From an uncultured Bacteroidales bacterium (GTDB lineage Bacteria; Bacteroidota; Bacteroidia; Bacteroidales; WCHB1-69), in contig CAMVOL010000007.1 in NCBI GenBank assembly GCA_947169105.1, positions 6,005 to 70,004 on the forward strand: a DNA stretch of 64,000 nt, given 5' to 3'. Below the pieces are notes generated by a model. The model was given only the letters and a program-made list of their open reading frames with translations, had not been told where the DNA came from and searched no databases. A program made the translations under genes and the position numbers. Positions 60,108-64,000 of the stretch are shown in pieces; the first letter of the stretch is position 1; each line of letters starts with the position of its first letter.

Positions 60108-61304
60108 TTATTTGATAATCAGTTGCGAAGACTGCCCAAGGGAGGTGCGTAACAGGTACATGCCGGCAGGGTAGGAGGAAATGTCAAGAATATGGCTTCC
60201 ATTGGTAATGTGCATTTCAGACAAAAGGCGTCCCATGGCATCATAGACAAAAAGCTCGGCTTCACAGGGCGATTCCACGGTGATGGTATTGTGCGCAGGG
60301 TTAGGATAGACATTAAAAGGAATTTGGGGTGTTGCAGCATTGATGCCATCCGTGTTATGGGGTTGTCTTCTGGTGAAGAAGTTATATATTTCGGTCAGGT
60401 ATTTGATGTCGTGCCCGTCTTCGTACCACTTGTGTTTGCCGCCTTCTACGCTAAGCAGTGCCACACGTGTGTCGTCGGTGCTGCTCCCGTAAGTGTGGAG
60501 CGCGAATGTCATCCCGTCGTTTACGGTGTTGGGGAAGTCGGTGGTAACGGCATCAAGGTCGCATTGGTTTACATGGCGCCAGTAGCTGATGGTGCTGTCC
60601 ACGCTGAGTCCCAGCGTCATCTGTCCCATTCCGGGGATGGGGTTTGCCGTGCCGTCGGGACAAATGAAAGTGTCGGAAGTGCCGTGGATATGCAGTACGC
60701 TGATGTGCCGCGAAGGGGTGCTTTCGGCAAAACAGACCGGAATCAGGCCACTGGCGGCCGCGACAGCGTTGATGCGGTCGGCATGCTCAATGGCCATACG
60801 ATGGGTCATGAATGCTCCCATGGAGAATCCCGTAAAGAAAAGACTGTCAGAGTCTATGTTGTAGGATGTGCCGAGTTCATCCACTAATGCCAGCAGGAAT
60901 CCCGCGTCATCCACATCGCTGTTCGGGGTGAACGCGTTGCCCATAAGGGTCATTACAATTCCCGAATTCCACGCATTTCCGACGGGAATGCTCATACCAA
61001 GTAATGAGAATTGTGCGGACAGGGCCTGCGGCAGGACAATCATCCAGTGGAACTGGTCGGCAGCCTGCTGGAAGTTGATGCTGCTGTTATAGGAGTCAAT
61101 GCCACCGTCGAAGCCGTGCAGGAACACCATTACTGGCAGCCTGTCACTGCTGTTGTAGGAGGCAGGTATATAGACATAGTATTCCCTTTCCTGCCCTTGC
61201 CATTGGAAAGTCTGTTTCGATAACTGCGCATACAATGTCGAAGTGAAGACCGTGAGTATGAGCATGATACCAAAAGTACAGAGAAGGCATTTTTTCTTTG
61301 TCAT
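60108..61304 (-). CDS. Secreted PHB-depolymerase/LpqC-like esterase with T9SS-type C-terminal domain
   Basis: REYYVYIP, VFLHG, DVDDAGFL, GFSMG nucleophile elbow, HGTSD, GGKH; C-terminal VYPNPA...YLLR...LIIK. Confidence 0.88.
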   Translation of the reverse strand: MTKKKCLLCTFGIMLILTVFTSTLYAQLSKQTFQWQGQEREYYVYIPASYNSSDRLPVMVFLHGFDGGIDSYNSSINFQQAADQFHWMIVLPQALSAQFSLLGMSIPVGNAWNSGIVMTLMGNAFTPNSDVDDAGFLLALVDELGTSYNIDSDSLFFTGFSMGAFMTHRMAIEHADRINAVAAASGLIPVCFAESTPSRHISVLHIHGTSDTFICPDGTANPIPGMGQMTLGLSVDSTISYWRHVNQCDLDAVTTDFPNTVNDGMTFALHTYGSSTDDTRVALLSVEGGKHKWYEDGHDIKYLTEIYNFFTRRQPHNTDGINAATPQIPFNVYPNPAHNTITVESPCEAELFVYDAMGRLLSEMHITNGSHILDISSYPAGMYLLRTSLGQSSQLIIK

Positions 61305-61350
61305 ATTAAATAATTAATTTAATAAATATATGTAAATATTTGGACTATAA

Positions 61351-61959
61351 TTATTTTTTCTCTACCGAAAACCCAAACTTTCCGATGATTTTTCCCAGTT
61401 GGTAGTAATGTCCGTTGGAGTAGCTCACGAGGTTGGCGCGCTCCAAGTGCATTGCGCCGCTTTTTTTGTCAAACAGGACCTCATTGGCGTGAACCGCCAC
61501 GATTTCGGCAAGGAACATGTCGTGCGAGCCAAGCGGGATGACCTGTCTCACCACACACTCCAGATTGACGGGGGCTTCATAGATCAACGGGGCTTTCACC
61601 TTGCTGCCGTGGACGGGCGTGAGGTCGGTCTCCAAAAACTTGTTGTATTTTTTCCCAGAGCGCACCCCGCACCAGTCGGTCCGTTCCGCAAGCTCCGCTG
61701 AAACAAGGTTGATGACGAACTCCTGCCGTTCTTTGATGATGGGGTAGGAGTGACGCTCAGGCCGCACAGAGATGTAGCACATCGGCGGGTCGCTGCACAC
61801 GGTGCCGCACCATGCCACGGTGATGATGTTGTACTCGTCGGGCGTTTCGCCGCAGCTCACCATCACCACGGGTGCGGGATTGAGCATATTGCCGGCCTTC
61901 AACTGACGTTTCGGCGATTTACGGATATTTGGAGTGTGGTTTTCGTTCTTCCTATTCAT
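61351..61959 (-). CDS. Flavin reductase family protein
   Basis: LNPAPVVMVS, SVRPERHS, EFVINL, LGSHDMFLAEIV; start trimmed to MNRKNE. Confidence 0.9.
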   Translation of the reverse strand: MNRKNENHTPNIRKSPKRQLKAGNMLNPAPVVMVSCGETPDEYNIITVAWCGTVCSDPPMCYISVRPERHSYPIIKERQEFVINLVSAELAERTDWCGVRSGKKYNKFLETDLTPVHGSKVKAPLIYEAPVNLECVVRQVIPLGSHDMFLAEIVAVHANEVLFDKKSGAMHLERANLVSYSNGHYYQLGKIIGKFGFSVEKK

Positions 61960-62797
61960 GGTCAAGAAAATTGCGTTTGTCGAGCCCCCACAGCAGCTTT
62001 TCACGGATGACGGAATAGAAGTCGGCGTTGGGGAGACGGATGGTTTGGATGGTGTAAGGGGCGCGGCTGACGGTGAGGGTCACCTCGTCATTTATCGTTA
62101 GCCTGTGCGAATCCACCGAAAGGATGAACCGGTGCGAACGACTTTCTACCTTGATTTTCAATTCGTTGTCAGTGGGAAGGACGATGGGACGTACGGTGAG
62201 ACTGTGGGAGGCGATGGGGGTGAGCACCATCACGTTGGCGGAGGGCACGAGGATGGGACCGCCGCAGCTGAGCGAGTAGGCGGTGGAACCGGTGGGGGTG
62301 GCCACAATCAGCCCGTCGCCCCAGTAGGTGTTCAACTTCTCACCGTTGGCCAGCACCTTCACGGCATTGATGGACTCCCCGTGCGGGTGGATGGAGATAT
62401 CGTTCAAAGCAAATGTAGCGGGAAGTAGCTCTCCGTTATCGCTGCTGATTTGCAGAAGACTTCTTTTTTCAATTTGATAATCAGAATTTTGCAAAAAGCC
62501 AAAAGCTTCTTGAAAATTGTTGCGGTTCACATTGGTGAGGAAGCCGATGCGGCCGGTGTTGATGCCCAAGATGGGGATGCCGCTGTCGCCCACAAGGTTG
62601 GCGGCATCAATGAAGGTGCCGTCGCCGCCGATGGAGAAAAGGAAGTCGGGACGGAAGGTAGAAAGCTTCTGACGATCGGTGGGGGTTCCTGTCACTTCGT
62701 GGGTGGTGACACCCTTGTCTGTCAGGAAATGGATGACCTCGGCGATGAACGCCTTCCCATCGTTGGTGGGGGACTTGCTGTAAAGCGCGATTTTCAT
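61952..62797 (-). CDS. nadK: NAD kinase
   Basis: GGDGTF, GINTGRIGFL, ALND, GDGLIVATPTGSTAYSLSCGGP. Confidence 0.97.
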   Translation of the reverse strand: MKIALYSKSPTNDGKAFIAEVIHFLTDKGVTTHEVTGTPTDRQKLSTFRPDFLFSIGGDGTFIDAANLVGDSGIPILGINTGRIGFLTNVNRNNFQEAFGFLQNSDYQIEKRSLLQISSDNGELLPATFALNDISIHPHGESINAVKVLANGEKLNTYWGDGLIVATPTGSTAYSLSCGGPILVPSANVMVLTPIASHSLTVRPIVLPTDNELKIKVESRSHRFILSVDSHRLTINDEVTLTVSRAPYTIQTIRLPNADFYSVIREKLLWGLDKRNFLDHE

Positions 62798-62873
62798 AGA
62801 TCCAGCGGTTTTATTAAAAAAAGGAGAACGGGCTTTGTCAGCACCATTCTCCCATATACAGCATTAGGTATGC

Positions 62874-63947
62874 TTATTCGTAGTTTTTCACCTCCACGCT
62901 GCCGTCGAGGATCATACGGGCGTTCATGGCCATGGAAGCCATCTCGTCCTCGCCGGGATAGACGGCGACGGGCGCGATCCATTCCACATGACGCTTGATG
63001 TGACCGACGATGGGCTTGCCGTAGGCGATGCCGCCGGTGAGCAGGATGGCATCGACTTTTCCTTCAAGGACGGCGGCGTTGCCGGCAATCTGCTTGCCGA
63101 TCTGGTAGGCCATGGCGCGTTCAATGAGGTCAGCGTACTTGTCGCCGGCGAGGGCGCGTTTCTCCACTTCGTAGGCGTCGTTGGTGCCGAGGTAGGAGAC
63201 GAGGCCGCCTTTTCCGACGATGACCTTGCGCATCTCTTCGTAGGTGTATTTGCCGCTGTAGCAAGCCTTGATGACCTGGTCCATCGGGAGAGTACCGGAA
63301 CGCTCGGGTGAGAACGGGCCTTCGCCTTCAAGGGCCTGGTTCACGTCAATGACGCGGCCTTTGCGGTGTGCGCCCACGCTGATACCGCCGCCCATGTGTG
63401 CAACAATCAGGTTTAAGTCTTCATATTTTTTGCCGATGGATTTGGCATAGATGCGGGCGATGGCTTTCTGGTTCAACGCATGGAAGATAGAGAGGCGTTC
63501 AAAGTCCTTGTGGCCGGAAATGCGGGCGATGTCCTCCATCTCATCCACGATGACGGGGTCGGCAATGTAAGCCTCCTTCAAGCCAATCATCTTAGCCACG
63601 CTGTCGGCGATGAGGCCGCCGAGGTTGCAGGCGTGTACGCCATTGTAACCTTCAAGGAGGTGCTTTTTCATCAGGTCATTGACACGATAGACACCGGAAG
63701 TGAGCGGTTTGATGAGGCCGCCGCGACCCATCACGATGGCGATTTCGTCCAAGTTGATGTTCTGGTTCTTCAATTCCTCCAGAACGAAATTTTTGCGGTA
63801 GTCGTACTGGTCGGCAAGGACGGCAAATTTCGAAAGCTCTTCAGTGGAGTGCTTGATGTTGGTGGTAAAAATGTTCTGTTCGCCTTCAAAGACGGCAATT
63901 TTCGTGGAGGTTGCCCCCGGATTGATGGCAAGAATGTACTTTCTCAT
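62874..63947 (-). CDS. buk: Butyrate / branched-chain carboxylate kinase
   Basis: INPGATSTK, GRGG, HALNQKA, AHMGGGIS, PGEDEM. Confidence 0.96.
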   Translation of the reverse strand: MRKYILAINPGATSTKIAVFEGEQNIFTTNIKHSTEELSKFAVLADQYDYRKNFVLEELKNQNINLDEIAIVMGRGGLIKPLTSGVYRVNDLMKKHLLEGYNGVHACNLGGLIADSVAKMIGLKEAYIADPVIVDEMEDIARISGHKDFERLSIFHALNQKAIARIYAKSIGKKYEDLNLIVAHMGGGISVGAHRKGRVIDVNQALEGEGPFSPERSGTLPMDQVIKACYSGKYTYEEMRKVIVGKGGLVSYLGTNDAYEVEKRALAGDKYADLIERAMAYQIGKQIAGNAAVLEGKVDAILLTGGIAYGKPIVGHIKRHVEWIAPVAVYPGEDEMASMAMNARMILDGSVEVKNYE

Positions 63948-64000
63948 AAATAAGTTATGTTAGGGTTAATGATTACTTGGCTGGATTGATATAGGTGGAA

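Overview
A 64-kb chromosomal window from a GC-rich, probably uncultured gut or rumen Bacteroidales. The taxonomy is inferred from TAnnTTTG -7 promoters before most transcription units, T9SS-type C-terminal domains, a Rho with a long N-terminal extension, and buk. Most of the window is housekeeping: dnaE, cysS, a nine-gene purC-E-L-F-M-N-H-D-folD operon, the tamB/AI-2E/lptB cluster, tsaD-holA, tRNA-Pro and tRNA-Arg, mreCD-tpiA-asnS, ddl, uvrB, rho, nadK and buk. There are two accessory patches. The first (about 2-10.3 kb) holds an AT-rich two-gene operon encoding a divergent AAG/MPG-fold DNA-glycosylase-like protein and a cytoplasmic agmatine/peptidylarginine-deiminase-family protein. It also holds a HipBA toxin-antitoxin pair, a CatA-like acetyltransferase with a truncated duplicate, a split CPBP protease and an AAA_14/DUF4143 ATPase. 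The second (about 18.8-23.7 kb) holds a membrane Ser/Thr kinase, a DUF5618-like protein and an MmeI-like type IIL restriction-modification enzyme. The best candidate for an undescribed system is the glycosylase-like plus deiminase pair, possibly defence against modified phage DNA; this is inference only. Other notable points: a perfect 28-bp REP-like palindrome read in frame inside the MmeI gene; a PurF without its N-terminal catalytic Cys; an apparent 4-codon deletion in a conserved PurL motif; and at least six families of intergenic repeats or hairpins, several abutting stop codons or promoters. No integrase, transposase, CRISPR array or rRNA was seen. Composition statements are by eye and homology calls come from motif recognition, not database searches.
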